This document shows, in pieces, positions 40,335 through 54,865 of a DNA stretch of 64,000 nucleotides (positions within the stretch are counted from its first letter, which is position 1; every line of letters starts with the position of its first letter). The translations under genes were made by a program, and so were the position numbers. Below the pieces are notes generated by a model. It was given only the letters and a program-made list of their open reading frames with translations, had not been told where the DNA came from and did no database searches. Source of the DNA: Psilocybe cubensis (taxonomy: Eukaryota); contig CM039000.1 of NCBI GenBank assembly GCA_017499595.2, positions 1,178,001 through 1,242,000 on the forward strand, in the 5' to 3' direction.

Positions 40335-42056
40335 CTAGCTCATGTCCATTTCCGATTCATCTCCAAATAAGTCCCCATCATCGTCCCCACCACCTCCAGG
40401 ACCATGACCACCATTATCTGGGTCTGTATCCTCAACAGTTTCCATAGGAAGACCCTCTTTTTTCAACCTCTGCCGTTCCTTGAGCTCGTCACGCTGCGCT
40501 GACTTCATTTCCAGATCAGCAGTAAGTTTCTTGAGAGCATCTTCAAAGCGTTTCTGTACGTCATCACGTCAGGGACTGCACCAGACACAGACAATAGAAT
40601 ACGTACCCTGATAAGAGGGTTGGCTGAGCTCGCAATCTCATTCCGCTTCTTCGCAACCGCCGCCTCCAAATCCCGTATTTCTTCACTGAGCAACTTCCTC
40701 GCCTGCGTCTCTTCATCGTCTTCATCCTCGCTCTCTTCCTCTTCACTCTCGTCGTCTTCCTCATCCTCATCGTCGCCATCTTCCTCATCCTCGTTTTCTA
40801 ATGCCAGGTTCAGCTCGGCCGCCAGGTCCTCGTCAATATCCCCTTCTTGCTCATCATCATCATTGTCTACGCTCGCAGCTTCTCCGTCGTCCTCTTCGTC
40901 GCCCTCTCCTAGGTCACCTGGGGTCATTCCTTCGCCTAGGTCTGATACTGCAGGCGTTGGCGCGTCTAGAGGTGCCTCCTGCTCTATCAGCTCCGAGTCT
41001 GACAAGTCAGGATTGACATTTTCAAGTACATCTATGTAGCGAGAGAATTAGATTTTCGTCGAGGATCATGAAATATGAGATAGAACGGCTTACCATATTT
41101 TACTTCCGTCGCCATTGCATCTTCGTCGAGTAGCCTCTCAACTTCCTGCTCTACGCTTTCGATTGTCTAGAGTACATGCGTAAGAAAAGATAGATTAGTG
41201 ATACAGTACAACGTACCCGTCTGTTGACACGTTTTCGGAACCTCCTTTTCCTGACGTGGTGCAATGGAGGTGTGATTCCGTGGGGCCATATGAACTCGTC
41301 GATATTAAAGTTCTTGTCCTTCTGTAACTGATCTTCACTTGCAATCTTTTTGTCGACGACGAGCATCTGTAGAGTTGGTTACTATATTAGATCACGAATT
41401 TGTTCGGAAGACGGTGTTTCAACCTGACATATATCTGCGACTTTGAACATTTGCTTATTGTCCAACGTCTTTTGGGATTCAATGACGCACGGAAGGTCGA
41501 CTAGTTTGGCAGAATATGTGTTGTTTCCAATGTGGAACACCGCGCGCCGTGAATCTAAGCGCAATTGAGCAGCTGCATACAGGAGAGCCACGACTAGGGC
41601 AGTAAGCACACCTTTAAATTTGAACCATATGTCATTCCCCACTTCGCGCGAAGCGATTGCCTTCCTCAGCTTCTCACAATCTTCTCCGGGAGGCATACGC
41701 AGAATAAACTGTTCCTCAAACGCCAGATCCTCGTCATCCGAGTCAAGCTCTCTGTCATACTGTCCGAGGAAAGACATCCCCGGTGCCATCGACGCCGCCT
41801 TGTCGCTCAGCTTGAGCTTGAGCTTCGGCTGTGGTTTCGACCGCAGCGTCGAGGACCGCATCGACCGCTCGTTCGGGTCGGTGGAAACATGACTTCCGCT
41901 GCGTAGGCGCGAAGTGCTGGGTCCGCTGTCGGCGCCGTTAATGTTGCGCTCTGCGACAGTTTTGGGTCGGCTGCTGGGCGTATAGGCAGCGTCGGCGTGT
42001 GTTGAGGGACCGGCATCGTTGTCAAAGTCGTCTACGACAATAACGTCATCATCCAT
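40335..42056 (-). CDS. TAF7: TFIID subunit Taf7 (TAFII55_N)
   Basis: [63 protein letters not shown]; acidic C-terminus. Confidence 0.95.
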
Positions 42057-42345
42057 AGTGAGTGGCTGAGAAGCAGTGATTGGTTGTGGCAAGACTTGAA
42101 ATTGTCGCGGTAGAACGCGTTTTGTATCTTGGCTGTCGAAACAAGCGTATTGTGATGAAAGATGAGAGCTGAAGCGCTGACGGACCGGGTCACGGTTATG
42201 GCGGAGATCAAAACCCCTGTTACTGGCACTGACCCGGAGACCACCAAGGGTTCCAGGATTTATTTTCAGGTCCTTTCTGCACTCACAGTTCTTATGAAAT
42301 ACGGGATATTACATTGTTAAAAATGCGGTACTTTTATCATGACAC

Positions 42346-43754
42346 CTAACTACTTGATGTGTCCACATCCTCCTCTACCTCCTCTTCTGGGGACAGGAGA
42401 ATGACATCTTCCTCTTCCCCTGCCACTTCCTCATTACTCTCTGTAGCAGGTACCCGAACGATTTCAATGTGCTGAGCCATCAACATACCATACACCACCA
42501 AAGACCCAAGCGCCGCACCCACGAACCCCCAGCGCATCCGCCTGAATTGCAAGTCCTCTGGCGTCTCCTCCGGCTTTTTAGACGATGACTTGGAAGATGA
42601 TTTCGGGAATGCGGGTATGATGGCCCATAACGAGGAAGAAGGGGCGTCGTACGAGAGTTGAGATGTGTTAGATCCCAGTGCTACAGCGTGTACTTTCCGG
42701 GAGTGTGTGAGCAGGGTTGGATACGACTCCGTTAATAGGTCTTTGACCATAGGATCTGAAAATGGAGGATATACAAGGAGGAGAATATGTGCAGCCACTA
42801 TAACATCCACGGTAGATAGCCTATGAAAAGTTGGATTCGGTCAGGAAAGAATTCTTCATGGAAAGGGATATACAGACTTGTCTTGAAACACGAATCTTTT
42901 ACCACCCAGAAGCTCGCTGTAAATATCTAGCTCATAACCAGCTTTCGCCAGAACCTACAAGACATTTAACGGAGGCCTTAAGACAGATTTCAATACCGTA
43001 CCTTCTCCTTGTCAAAAGCTTGCGACAGAGTCGTGTTGGCGCTGAGTTTTGCCCTCTCCGCAGGCTTCACGTCTCTGGGAAACTTCTCCTTCTGTGATTT
43101 CTCTTCCTCGACGACCTGCCTCCACAAACCAGCAGCAACTAATCTTGGGTAATAACTATTTCTCATCCTCCTAGGCACGTAATATTTCTGGGGCACGGGG
43201 AACATGGATGCCAACGCAGGATGCGTCATCTTCACCCAATTCTCCCCGTTCGCGTATAACGTATGAAACTGTCAACAACAAAAGTGTCCAGCTAAACAAA
43301 AAGGAATATTAAAATAAGAAATAACGCACCACCAAGTCACCAAGGTGAGACTCCGCATGCGCGACCCACGCCGTTTTCTGCGCCCTCTCCGACGCAGTCA
43401 ACCGCACATCCAAATTCGCATCCGGGTACGTTTTATAATCCTCATTCCGCAGACCCGATACATACTTAACGATCCCGGCAAACGATCCAACCGAGTACTG
43501 CCCGTGGACAAGGAAAGGCAGCTGTCCTGGCCAAGGGTCCCATTCAACGCTGCGCCGAGGGAGAAGAGATAGGGCTACACACCGGTGGGCGACGAGTCCG
43601 GGTTTGCACACTCGACAAGGCTGTATTTTCCGGGGATGGCGAGTTGGAGATAAAGCACTGTCGCGAGACAGTGTGGGTCGAAGGAGGGCAAGTCCCATTG
43701 GCCTGGCCAGATGTGTAAGACTAACCCAGACGTCGGGAGTGTCTCAGAGTCCAT
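42346..43754 (-). CDS. SAM37: Metaxin/Sam37 (Tom37) mitochondrial outer-membrane protein
   Basis: MDSETLPTSGLVLHIWPGQWDLPSFDPHCLATVLYLQL...ANPDSSPTGQLPFL; GST-like C-part PSTVDVIVAAHI; C-terminal TM segment. Confidence 0.85.
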
Positions 43755-44427
43755 GCTGTTGGTATAATTATGAGAAAACGATGGTGTGGGTTAGGTGGCA
43801 ATCCTGGTAAATGTCAATACAGCAGTAGGGGTAGAGTACGGACGTCGACGTCAAGATCAACAATGCAAACCAGCCGAAAGTCTTGGGCAAGACGCGCTAT
43901 TTCCAATTGATTCCCGGCCGCGTGCCGCCGAATATGCACCGAAGACGCGACGCGTCTCCCAAAATTCCATTACCTTTTTCTCGTGTTTTCAGTATATAAC
44001 ATACAATAAACTGGTATATTTATTTAAATGCATATACTACTTTGCATCTACTAAGTATGGAATCCTGACAGTAACTTGAAGAGCAAGGTAGTATGGTTTC
44101 ATGAACATAGCCTGGTCCTGCAGTGCAAAATCGTAAAAGAGAACAGACAAACAGATAGCAAGCGAGAAAAAGCATAGCAATTCGGACCTGAGGGAAAGCA
44201 AGGAAAGCAACGAGAACGACGTGAGAAGCGACGCAAGCGTCGGCTCCTTTGTTTAAGGATATGCTACTAGACAAAGCAAAAGAGAAAACGGGGAAAGCAT
44301 AATGGTTTATGAGACGGTGTTTAGCGAGGAAAGCAGAACAAAGAAAAAGATGACAAAGACCATATAAAACAGCAAAAATCCATGATAAAACAAGCTGACG
44401 TCATAAATTGTTCGTTAATCGCATAGT

Positions 44428-45973
44428 TCATTTAGAGAACGTGAATGAGTCGTCAGGGTCGGTGAATGGGGAATCAGGATTAGACATTGGGGTGCTGATC
44501 GACGATGAGGATCCTTGAGAAGACTGGGAGGATTGCGGTTTTCGCTGCCGTCGTTGAGGAACAACCGGCTTCGATTCGACCCTTTTAGAGGGATTAACGA
44601 TGTCCTGGAAATCCGAGAGTTGAGGGAGTCCAGCTTGTTCAGCAAAGTCGATGTTGAGGCGGGGTAAAAAGAATTCGGTATCTCCGCGATACACTCCATC
44701 TTTACCCGGAACCTGCACTGTTTCTGTCCAGCTGGCTGCCCTACGCAATTCAGCAGAAGGGCGACGATAGTTAGAAGGGTACGCGGGATAAGGAATCTTG
44801 GAATAGGGTCAATCAATCAAAATTTAACAACCACCAGAACAACACGTACACTGCGCTCAGGGAACAGTGGGTCAGGTGGAGGAAACAGAGCTTCGATAGA
44901 TGTTTCAATCTTGGGACGCTTATATGGAGAACTGGGGTTATCCCGATCACTGAGGTCAGTATCTGTTTCATCTAACTCCTCTACCTTAGCAGAGACGCGA
45001 CGCGGCACAGGAGGAAGGCTGTTTGAAATCCTTCGAGAAACGACTCTGCTGGGTGCCCGGCTCACATTAGGTGTCGGGAGAGCACTCGGAGTAGGCAAAG
45101 TAGATATCTTCGACTCTTCAACAGCAATGCCTTGAGATTCCAAGAAATCTTCCAGAAACCAAAGGATGAGACTATAAATCGCGTTCAGCAGCGATTTAAA
45201 CTTACCCTTTGAACGATAGCGAAAGACAAATGTGACATATGAACTGGGTTTTTTCAGCTCCGGGTTCTCGTGGTTCACTACATCATAGGTATAATCCTCC
45301 CGTTCATGTACACGAACTTCTTCTCCAAAACTAGTAGTTGGTCGTTGAGAAGAGCGTGCCAAATATCCCATTGGCGAAGGTGGCTTACCCGATACACAAG
45401 TCCTCTGGTTTCCTCTTGCCTAAAAGCGTTTTTGGAGCTGGGTCAATTCGATTCGCCGGTTTGTCCCTGGCGACGCGTCTGATTCTTTTTATCTTGAGAA
45501 TTATCATGCCCGCTTCATTACTGGACGACGGGGTAGTGGGAGATATCATCTTGCCAGGAACTAAAAACATAATTAATCGCGTCATTAGAGGCGTACTATC
45601 ACAACTTACATTTCTCTTCGACCTTCTGGAACATAAATGGACGCTCAGTCGACATAGAAGTCCTGACACCGCCCCTTGAAGCAATACCATTTCCGAACAG
45701 AAACCTGCCCGGAACGGTCAATCCATCCAGTACGATGAACGAGCAGGTATCTATTCCCCCTCCCTGATCTTGCCAGTAGATGGTGAACGTCTAGAAACAG
45801 TTAATATGTGATGCCACTGGGCCACTGAGTTTGTTCAGACGCCGTACCTGGCCCACCTCCCCTGCGATCCAGCAGGAAACCCGATGCGCGCTTTCGTCGA
45901 CGGCCACGAGGTATTCCGGGGTGGCCTTGCCTTGGACTTGAATCCAGGCTGTAAAACCACGATGGGCGAGCAT
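44428..45973 (-). CDS. Agaricomycete conserved hypothetical protein (DUF7918-like)
   Basis: MLAHRGFTAWIQVQGKATPEYLV...VSCWIAGEVGQ / FTIYWQD...FIVLDG; GMIILKIKR; YVTFVFRYRSK. Family assigned from memory of the motif pattern. Confidence 0.7.
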
Positions 45974-46326
45974 GGTAAATGTTCAGGTGAGTGGAAAAGT
46001 CAAACGCCGGAGAAGGGCGAACTCGACAGGGCACTTGAGCCCTCCAGGATTGCAGAAACTTATATAGCGGGAAGTAGTTAGCAACGAGTGGACCGAGCGA
46101 GCGCCAGAAAGGGTGCGTACTAGCGACTGTGACAAAGAAATGAGGGGATGTAATTCTGACTTGCGTCAATGATCAAAAAAGCCACCTCATGTTGGTTGGT
46201 TCAACTTTTTCGGTGTTATCGCTTGCCAAATGCGGATCACCGATCGCGTTGTCATATCACGTGCGCGGAGTCAATCTGCAGTGTCGCGGACTTTGCCAAT
46301 GCAAGAAAGGGTCCACTGCATTACAA

Positions 46327-47797
46327 ATGCGACCTAGCTTCGTACCATTCTCTTTCTTACGTTTAGTTGCTACGCGTCCTCTTGCACGGCCTAATCTTCT
46401 GTTCATACGCGATACCCTTTCTCCAATCTATACAAGACCTCTCTCTTTGTCCATGGCTCCAGTCGCGCGTACCTCCTCCAAGCGTAAAGTTGACGACGAC
46501 TCCAATGATTCAGATCAGGAGGAAGGGCCCTCCCAGGCATCTCAGTCTTCAACAAAAAAGGCGCGAAAGGACAACTCTGTGCCTACCAACCTACCAACCA
46601 ACAAAGTTTTGCCCGTCAAAATTGTCCTCCCTCCCAAACCAAGTGGTACTTTGCGAATTGCATCATGGAACGTGTCTGGACTTGCCGCTAGTGAAAAGAA
46701 GGTAGGTCCTCCTCGCGGTTTAATTGAAATGTACGCGTCAATGCTCTTGTCACCAGGGATTCAAATTTTATGTGGAAGCAGAAGACGCCGACATTCTCAT
46801 CCTGACCGAAACAAAAGTATGGAATAATCAACACATACAGACAGGCTTATGAATGAAAACATCTGTTAGCTGAACAAACCATCGGACGACTTTGCACTCA
46901 AAAAGAGATACCCACACCAATATTGGTCGATATCTGCGAAAAAAGGCTACGGTAAGTTCGCGCCTATGCATTTTCCTTTGACTTGACAACGTGTATGGTA
47001 GCTGGCACGGCCGTGTTGTCCAAGCACAAGGCTCTCAGTGTGGACCAGACTATTCCAGGTCATCCGGATCCTGAGTCAGTAAAAGGTCGCATCGTCACCT
47101 TGGAGTTTGAATCATGCTACCTTGTCGGCACATATGTCGTAAATGCAGGACAAGGCCTCAAAGTGAGTTCTTTTCAATATACTTCATATGAGTGTCGCAA
47201 ATAATTGTTCACACTTCCAACAGACTCTCGAAGAAAAGAAGACTTGGAATAAGCACTTCTTTGCACACATGAACGAGCTTGACAAAAAGAAACCCGTCAT
47301 CTGGGCAGGCGACCTTAACGTCGCTCCTACAGAACTAGACCTTGCGAACCCCAAAACAAACTGGAACAAAACGGCAGGCTACACAGAGGCGGAGACATCA
47401 GCATTCAAGAACTTCCTCAATGCATCCGAGCCATCTGGCGGGAACAAGTTTTTAGATATCTGGAGGACCCTTAACCCTGAAAGGCGGGCATACACATACT
47501 TCTCATATCGGTTCAACTGTAGAGCGAAAGGCCTTGGATGGAGAATTGATGGGTGTATGTCTTCAACTTAGATGATACTATCTCCAAGTAAATGGCTGAC
47601 TTGACGTCTTTGATTGCACAGTCGTCCTCAGTGAGCGTTTCAAAGATCGAGTATCGACGGTAATTTTCGCATATTTCACAGTCCCTTATTATTGTGTGTT
47701 AATGCCCTTTTCTCTCTAACAGTGCGATATCCGTGATGAGATATACGGTGCCTCAGACCACGTCCCGGTGGTATTAGACATAACTGGGGATCTCTGA
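46327..47797 (+). CDS. Exonuclease III / APE1-type AP endonuclease
   Basis: LRIASWNVSGL, DILILTETK, KKGYAGTAVLSK, GRIVTLEF, YVVNAG, IWAGDLNVAP, YTYFSYRFNCRAKGLGWRID, GASDHVPV. Alternative in-frame ATG at 46453. Confidence 0.95.
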
Positions 47798-48029
47798 CAC
47801 GCTGACACTCCTCAGCGCCTATTTTTTACTTCTGCTTCCCATAATGGCTGTTGATTGTACATATCGCGTGCTCTGAATCTATTCTCACCTCAGGACCGTC
47901 GAAATTTCTTGGGAGAGGTCTTACATTCAATCCCTGGGCGACCATCTGGACTTCATCACTGACTTTGCGCTATGTACAGGCTGAGTGCGCCTGAAAATGC
48001 GGTGGCATATTTATATTCTCCATGCATCG

Positions 48030-48102
48030 GGGGGCATAGCTCAGTTGGGAGAGCAGTAGACTGAAGTTCTAAAGGTCCCGCGTTCGATCCGCGGTGCCCC
48101 CA
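48030..48102 (+). tRNA. tRNA-Phe(GAA) copy 2
   Basis: 73 nt identical to copy 1, followed by TTTTTT. Confidence 0.97.
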
Positions 48103-48262
48103 TTTTTTGGCCCTTTACGCGCTCGTCAACGTTGACCCACACAACCGAGGACGCGTCTCACGCACGTCGGTCACAGAAGTTACCCATCCCACACGAGCTT
48201 TTGTTGACTTGTGAAATTTGATTTTAACATCGGGTACGACTAAATTGGCTCACCTCTTCATC

Positions 48263-48335
48263 GGGGGCATAGCTCAGTTGGGAGAGCAGTAGACTGAAGT
48301 TCTAAAGGTCCCGCGTTCGATCCGCGGTGCCCCCA
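48263..48335 (+). tRNA. tRNA-Phe(GAA) copy 3
   Basis: 73 nt identical to copy 1, followed by TCTTTTTGCA. Confidence 0.97.
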
Positions 48336-48985
48336 TCTTTTTGCACTTCGAATCTCACAGATGGTTTTCCCAGACATCTGCTCGCAGTGAAGCTGCGTCT
48401 GTTTCCTTGCTGATGAACATTAGGAAATGCTATGCAGAATGTTTTGTACTGAGTGTCGATTTCATACCGCGGGTGCCTTTTTATTGTGGATGTGCATTTT
48501 AAATACGTCCAGAAACATGTCTACCACCTGTTGTTGGGTTTACCCATTACTATGGCCCAAGATCTCTACACGGGCTACTGCTGTATGTCCCGATTAGGGA
48601 AGGTATTTTCTAAATATAGGTATGGTCGCCATTGTAGGACCGAAATTGGATTTACCATATAAAACCTTGCACCATAGTGAGAAGCTGAAAAGCGCTTAAA
48701 CTTTTTTTGATTTTTTCGGAGTTTCTCTAAAACATAGGCTAGTTTACCATACAGTTTCATGTAGTTGCTTCCAAAAGCACTCGCTGACAGCGTAAGCTGC
48801 GTTATGATTGATAACTTTTGTATACTAGACAATGAGTAACTGAGCACTATAAGTAAATGTTCATTATGGTATTAATGCTGTCTATTGACAGTCAATGATG
48901 TAAAGAAGAGAAGGATAAAATCAATCAACCTATCCAGCCTAGAAGCGAAAAAATATTACGGTCAAAGTTTGCCTTTGAGTAAAGC

Positions 48986-51576
48986 TTATGAGCTAGGAGA
49001 TTTGGGTGTTTCTTTACGTGGGGGCCAAGACAAACAGGTTCGGCGAAGATCAGGCGAGTCCAAGGCAACTACAAAATCCCCAGCCTCTTCAGATGGATCA
49101 GAGATGCCATGCCTGCAGGTTATACATCGTTCAGTAAAGGAAGAAATTGAAATATCAGCCACTGTGGGCAGAAAAAAACATACTCAGACATGACGTGCGT
49201 CCGCAGACTAACACTGTTTCCTTTTACATGGCAACGGGTACAGGCCATCCCCAAGTACATGTAGTCAGCTCGCTGTCGGGCCACAACTTCTCCCATTCGT
49301 ACTCGGATCAACTGAGCCTGGTCCTCGGGAAGAAGAAAAAAATTCAACTTCTTCAAACTGGAAATTCTGTTATGACACGTCATTAAATGGTTGGGCTGCC
49401 AAAAAACCAGAGGGTAAGGAACAAAACAGCAGAGAGTCAAACAACGACGTACCACTGCGCTCCATTGTAACATAAAGCGACCTAAATGAGGGTTATTACA
49501 ATCATGGCACTCGAAAATGGGATCCGCTTCTTCCATCCGAGAAAAACTGGTAGTTGCGGGGTCAAAGCCGCTAAGAGTGACTACCTCTTCCAAAATCTCG
49601 TGTGCCCAAGTATTGAATGTGATTTGCCCGCTTGCATTCCAAGGAGTTTTATCTGTAAGTTCTGTAAACACACTTAACTCAGCCGAGAATACCGAAAGAT
49701 TAAAAGGAACCGTCGGTTCGTAGGCGCCTTTGTGAACTAGAATTCGCGGGTAACGGATGTCGCAACACATTCCACAGTCGAAAACCGTGGTCGCCAGACT
49801 GAGTAGCGCGGTGCGTTCAAGGCCATGCTTTTCCCCACAACTGGCTTCGACCATTGTTACTAGTTCGTCTTCAATGCCATCCTGCAGCTGCTGGAGAATG
49901 ACAGGCAGTTTTGCACGGATAGGATCAAGATGAGATAAGTCCTGTAGATCTTTTGAGTTGATCATGAAGTCCAGAACTTCTGGATGATTAAAGATATCGC
50001 CAATATCCAGAGCAACAGCATCTGGACGTATGGTGGACCTATATTCATCGACAAGTTCCTCCAAAATCGGTATCCGGCTACTGAGGACATCAAAAAGAAT
50101 GTCGGTCAATCGCTCCTTTCTATAGCTTTCCAAAGTGCGCTCAAGGATTGGAAGTAAGGCCTGAATGACTGAGGAGCTATTAGCGCTAACAAAGTTCAAG
50201 AAAACAAGAGGCTCACCCGATTCTGTAAGATTCTTTTGGCAGGCCATCATCAGGAATACATTTTGCGAGATTAATGAGCAATTGTTTTCCCGCATGTGTG
50301 AAATTTCTTCTTCCCATCCCATTTGCGCAAGGCGATCTTCAACCCTGTCAAGGATTGAATACCGATCATATGGAGGTAGTGGGTGTACGTACAGTTTAGC
50401 GCGATTACACAACATAGCTATCCTCTGGTCTAAAAGGCAGTCTTCATAATTCTGATACCACATTTCACAACGAATGGAATGCTGATATGGTTCGTCAAGT
50501 AAACGAGTATAGTTCCAGGTTTCTGCTTACCATCAATATTTCTTTTCGCTTTGCTATTTCTTTCTCGAGCCATTTTTCTTTATTTTCTGCTGCTTCGTAG
50601 TCCCGTTCCCACTGTTGTTCTAAGCTGCAGTAAACATACATTTTAACCTTTCCGCGGCGCCCTGTGCAAAATTTAATTGGAGACGTGTGTAGTGACGCTT
50701 GGTATTACATGCCTGAGACTAAAAGTCTGGGGCGCAGAGAGATCAACTCCTCCATGCCTGATCGATTACGGTCAACCCGACCCACTATAGGAAGAAACCT
50801 ATAAAACATTCATAACTAAATGATTCAAAGTGGTACTACTACTAATACTCACCTGCCATCCATGCATCTAGTACATATTCTAAACCGAGCAGCCCAGACA
50901 GTTTTGATACCTTTGAGGTTACGGAGGCAAAACTGCAGAAAGTGGAGACATTTGAACAACTAGCATGTTTAACTTGTAGGTCAAGACATACGTGACAGTG
51001 CTTTTCAAAAGCCAAGCTCGCATATTGCGGTTCACTTAGATCATCAGGACATTCAGGGAGCTTCGGGATAATATTTGACCTTGCAGCTTTCCAAATTGGC
51101 CAAGATTTTCTCGACATGAGGAATTTGCGTGTCATTTTGCAGGTCCGTGCCAGGTGAAGCAAATCAAGCGGGTCCAGATAGCCAAAAATCTTGAACGAAG
51201 GTTGTCGACACCACAAAAGTTTCAAAGACAGCCTGTTACGTACCTCATGAAGTACGTCGACATTCATGTCAAGTAGGTCCTGCAAGCACCCTCGTGTTCC
51301 GCGCCTTTTCTTTACCGATGGAAGTTGTCCTGGAGCCTTGTTACGCTTTGCCCGCTTCCTCTTGCCATAGGATTTACTGCCCTTGGTGTTGTTACTATAG
51401 TCAGAATCTTGGTCTGTGTCTGGGTCGCATATTGCAGATTCATCATCTTCCACAACAAAACCTGCATCACCTCCAGCCCCAGGGTCACGGTTGGCAACTT
51501 CAGACAAGCTTGAAGGCCCTGCTGCACTGTTTGTCATTGTCGCTTTGTTTGCAATTCGTGTAGACCTCCGAGTCAT
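48986..51576 (-). CDS. F-box protein with Cys/His-rich C-terminus (paralog 1)
   Basis: [29 protein letters not shown] (F-box); [38 protein letters not shown]...H...HGISDPSE. Confidence 0.85.
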
Positions 51577-52127
51577 GATTCGGGAATGGGGTGTTTGAAT
51601 AATAGTGTACTTGAGCAAAAAATAGATTGGGACCGTTTGGGACAGAATGTAACTTTGTCGCTATGTTTTATCCGCGACACGTCCCGTCACATAAAAGTAT
51701 ACTCGTGTCGTCACACTTAATGACGCGTCGTGTAACACCCCTAGCCCCTATGTTGAGGGTCCGCTGAGATTGCTCGCAATGCCTAAAAATTGGTCCTGTA
51801 AAAAGACATCCAGGCTGTCATAATTAGCACTACAAAATGGCTAGCTATTTAACTTATGTAGCTAAAGTACTGGGATGTGGGGTAGGTGATACAACAAATC
51901 AAATCAATCACTAGGAAAAACCATGTCATTGATTATTCGTGTACTAGTACTACATAATACTACTTCTATGATTTGCTATAACACTATGTACACAAGACCG
52001 TATAAGTTTTAGTCCAGCTAACAAATAGATCTATATAAATCCTCCGATCCTAATCCTGTCAGGATAAGCCTAAAAGTATAATGAAGACCCCATTAACCAG
52101 AATGGTGCTCGGGACATTGAAGAACAT

Positions 52128-54865
52128 TTAAGATGTGGGCACATAATGTACAGGATGTATGGGCTCATCTTCATCTCTTGGGGGCCAAGCACGGTAGGTG
52201 ATTGCCAGAGTGGGTGCGTCTGGGGAGCACACAAAGTCGCCAGCAGCCTCTGACGGTTTCGCGACTCCGTGGCTGAGCAATCGGTTCTGTCAGCAAAAAC
52301 GGTAACAACGAAGATGCATGGGCCGCAAAATACATACATATCTTTAATATGCTGACAGACTCGAACAATAGTTCCCCTGAAACGACAGAGGGTGCAGAGC
52401 ATATAGTTGTAGGCGTCAGACGCTCGTTTCCTGTGATATTCTTCATCGAGTCGGCCTTTGAGTACGTTCGCGAAGTCACCCCCAAGCGTGGTGAGTCTCA
52501 TAGTGTCTCGCCACTGCCCTTTATGGCATTGAAAAGCATGGGCGGGCTGAAAGAGCATCAAAGAGTCAAGGCCAAAATAAATAAAAAAGAAGAAGAAACT
52601 CACCACCGCATCCCAGCGCATTACCATCCTACCTTTGTGCATGTCATTGCATGATATACACTCAATAACTGGTGAGACCCTATTCATTAGGGCCGCAGTA
52701 GTTGTGTCAGGGTTGAATCCACATAAGGTGAGGACGTGGTCCATGATCCAGTGGGTGTCGACATCGTACATGATACGACCATTCGTGTTCCAGGGGATTC
52801 TGCCTACAGCATCCGCAATCACCGAGAGCTCAGACTCGGGCGCTGAGACATCAGTAGGCACCTCAACCAGCTCGGTTGCACATCCATGCCAAATAACGCG
52901 TGGATAACGGATGACGTCCAGAGTCCTAGGTTCCCTATATTGGGCAGCCTCGCAACTAAACGTCGTGGTAGCCAGAGTGAGAAGCGTATTAACGTCAAGG
53001 CCATGTGCAGAGCCACGGACAGCTTGAACCATTTGAACCAGTTGGCGAGCGATTTCCTGTAGTGTTTCGAGTTCGAACTGGGGAAATTGGGGCAGTAAAT
53101 CCTCTAGGCGTGGTTCCCATTCTGTTGGGCTGAGTAGAAGGTTCATGACGGCTCGTTGAGAGTAGATATTTCCTATGTCCAGAGGAATGATGCTTGGACC
53201 AATGGTAGGCCTGTACGAGTTGACGATTCGGTGAAGCCTTCTTGCGCGTGCCTGTAAACATTGCGTGCGGATCCGTTTTAGTCTCCATTCCTTGTAAACT
53301 TTCAAATACGTAGTCAGAGTGGGAAGCAATTTCCGCGTGGCTGTAGTTTTCGTCAGAATACATCAAATACAACCACATAGACTCGATACATACAGCGGTC
53401 CGTGAGTTCTTTCTGGCACCCTTGGTATAGTGGTACTATAAATTTGTCCACAACGTCTTCATCATCTGGTTGGTTTCCCATGTCGTCAAGTTCGATTCCC
53501 CACCCCATCTCTCGGAGAAGATCTAATATTCTGCGGAAGAGTAAGAACTAAATGTATTAAGTGAGATAAAAGCGAACGTACTTGTCCACACGCGTTTGGA
53601 CCAACGCATTTTCTTCTTCCTCCTTTTTCTTTTTATATTCGCTATACCACGCTTTGCAAGCCTCAGAATGCTGTTGTACCTTGTTTAGTAAGAATGACAG
53701 GCATAGCAAGGTAATTATCTTACTTCTATAATTTTCTTGCCCATCTCAATCTTCTCCTGCGCCCATCTCTCTTTATCCGGTGCCATTGAATATTCCTCTA
53801 CCCATTTTTTTTCCACAGCAAAGTTATAGTAAGTCCGATTATGACTCCGAGGACCATGACCTGTAAAATATATATTGAATGGATGCGAGCAGCGCAGATT
53901 GTCTAATTGACATACCGACAGACCGTACAAAGTGTGGTACATAAGGGCGAACGCTCTTGGGCAACGCGGGTGGGCCACCCTTTATCGAGCGAAATCTAAA
54001 TGCACAACAAGGTTTAACATCATCTCGGGCAATCTGAAAATGATATCATCTACGCACTTGCCGCCGTTACATTGACTGCAGATTCTAACCCGCGAAGTCC
54101 AGTAAATGATGATGATACTCGAATGGCGTAGGCAGAACTGTACAGGGGGCTCAGTATGAGTTTTTGGATGGGATAATGATGGTTTGAGATGGGACGTACA
54201 TGGCAATGCTTCTCAAAAACCAAATTCGCGTACTGTGGCTCGCTCAAGTCATCCGGGCAGTCGGGCAGCCCAGAAATATTCTCCCGCGCCTTTTTCCATT
54301 CAAGCCTCGAATTTTTGGACATCAAGAAATCGCGCATCTTTTTATCCGTCCGTGCCATATGTAGCAGATCAACTGGGTCCAAATAGCTTAAAACCTAACA
54401 GAAAAAAAGCCCATTTCACATCGTAAGGACACTGGAAAATGAACTGGGGACTGCACTGCGCACCTCACGAAACAACTCCTCAGGAAAAATCTTCATCAGG
54501 TCGACCAAGCGTCCTTCCGAATCTGAACCTCGCAACTTCTTCGTCGTAAGCTCGCCTGGAGCGCTGTCCGACACCGTGCGCTTGCGCTTCGGTCCAGCTG
54601 CCTTTGTCTTCCCCTTCTTCTTGTCCTGCGCTGATGTTGCTGCGACACTTTGCTCATCGGTAGAGGCAGCGGCTGCTACTATCACCGATCCGCGGCTGTC
54701 ATCCTGACCATCGCCTGCGATGGTGGTTTCAGTGGCATGCTCCAAGCCTGTATCTGTAACAGTTTCGGCGGTCGCGCTAGCGGTATCAGCTGGGATACTA
54801 CTACCCGACGGCGCCTGTCCAAGTTCAACCTGCGAACTCTGTCTAGACAGTTGAGGAAGCATCAT
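52128..54865 (-). CDS. F-box protein with Cys/His-rich C-terminus (paralog 2)
   Basis: [65 protein letters not shown]...H...HGVAKPSE; similar intron positions to paralog 1. Confidence 0.85.
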
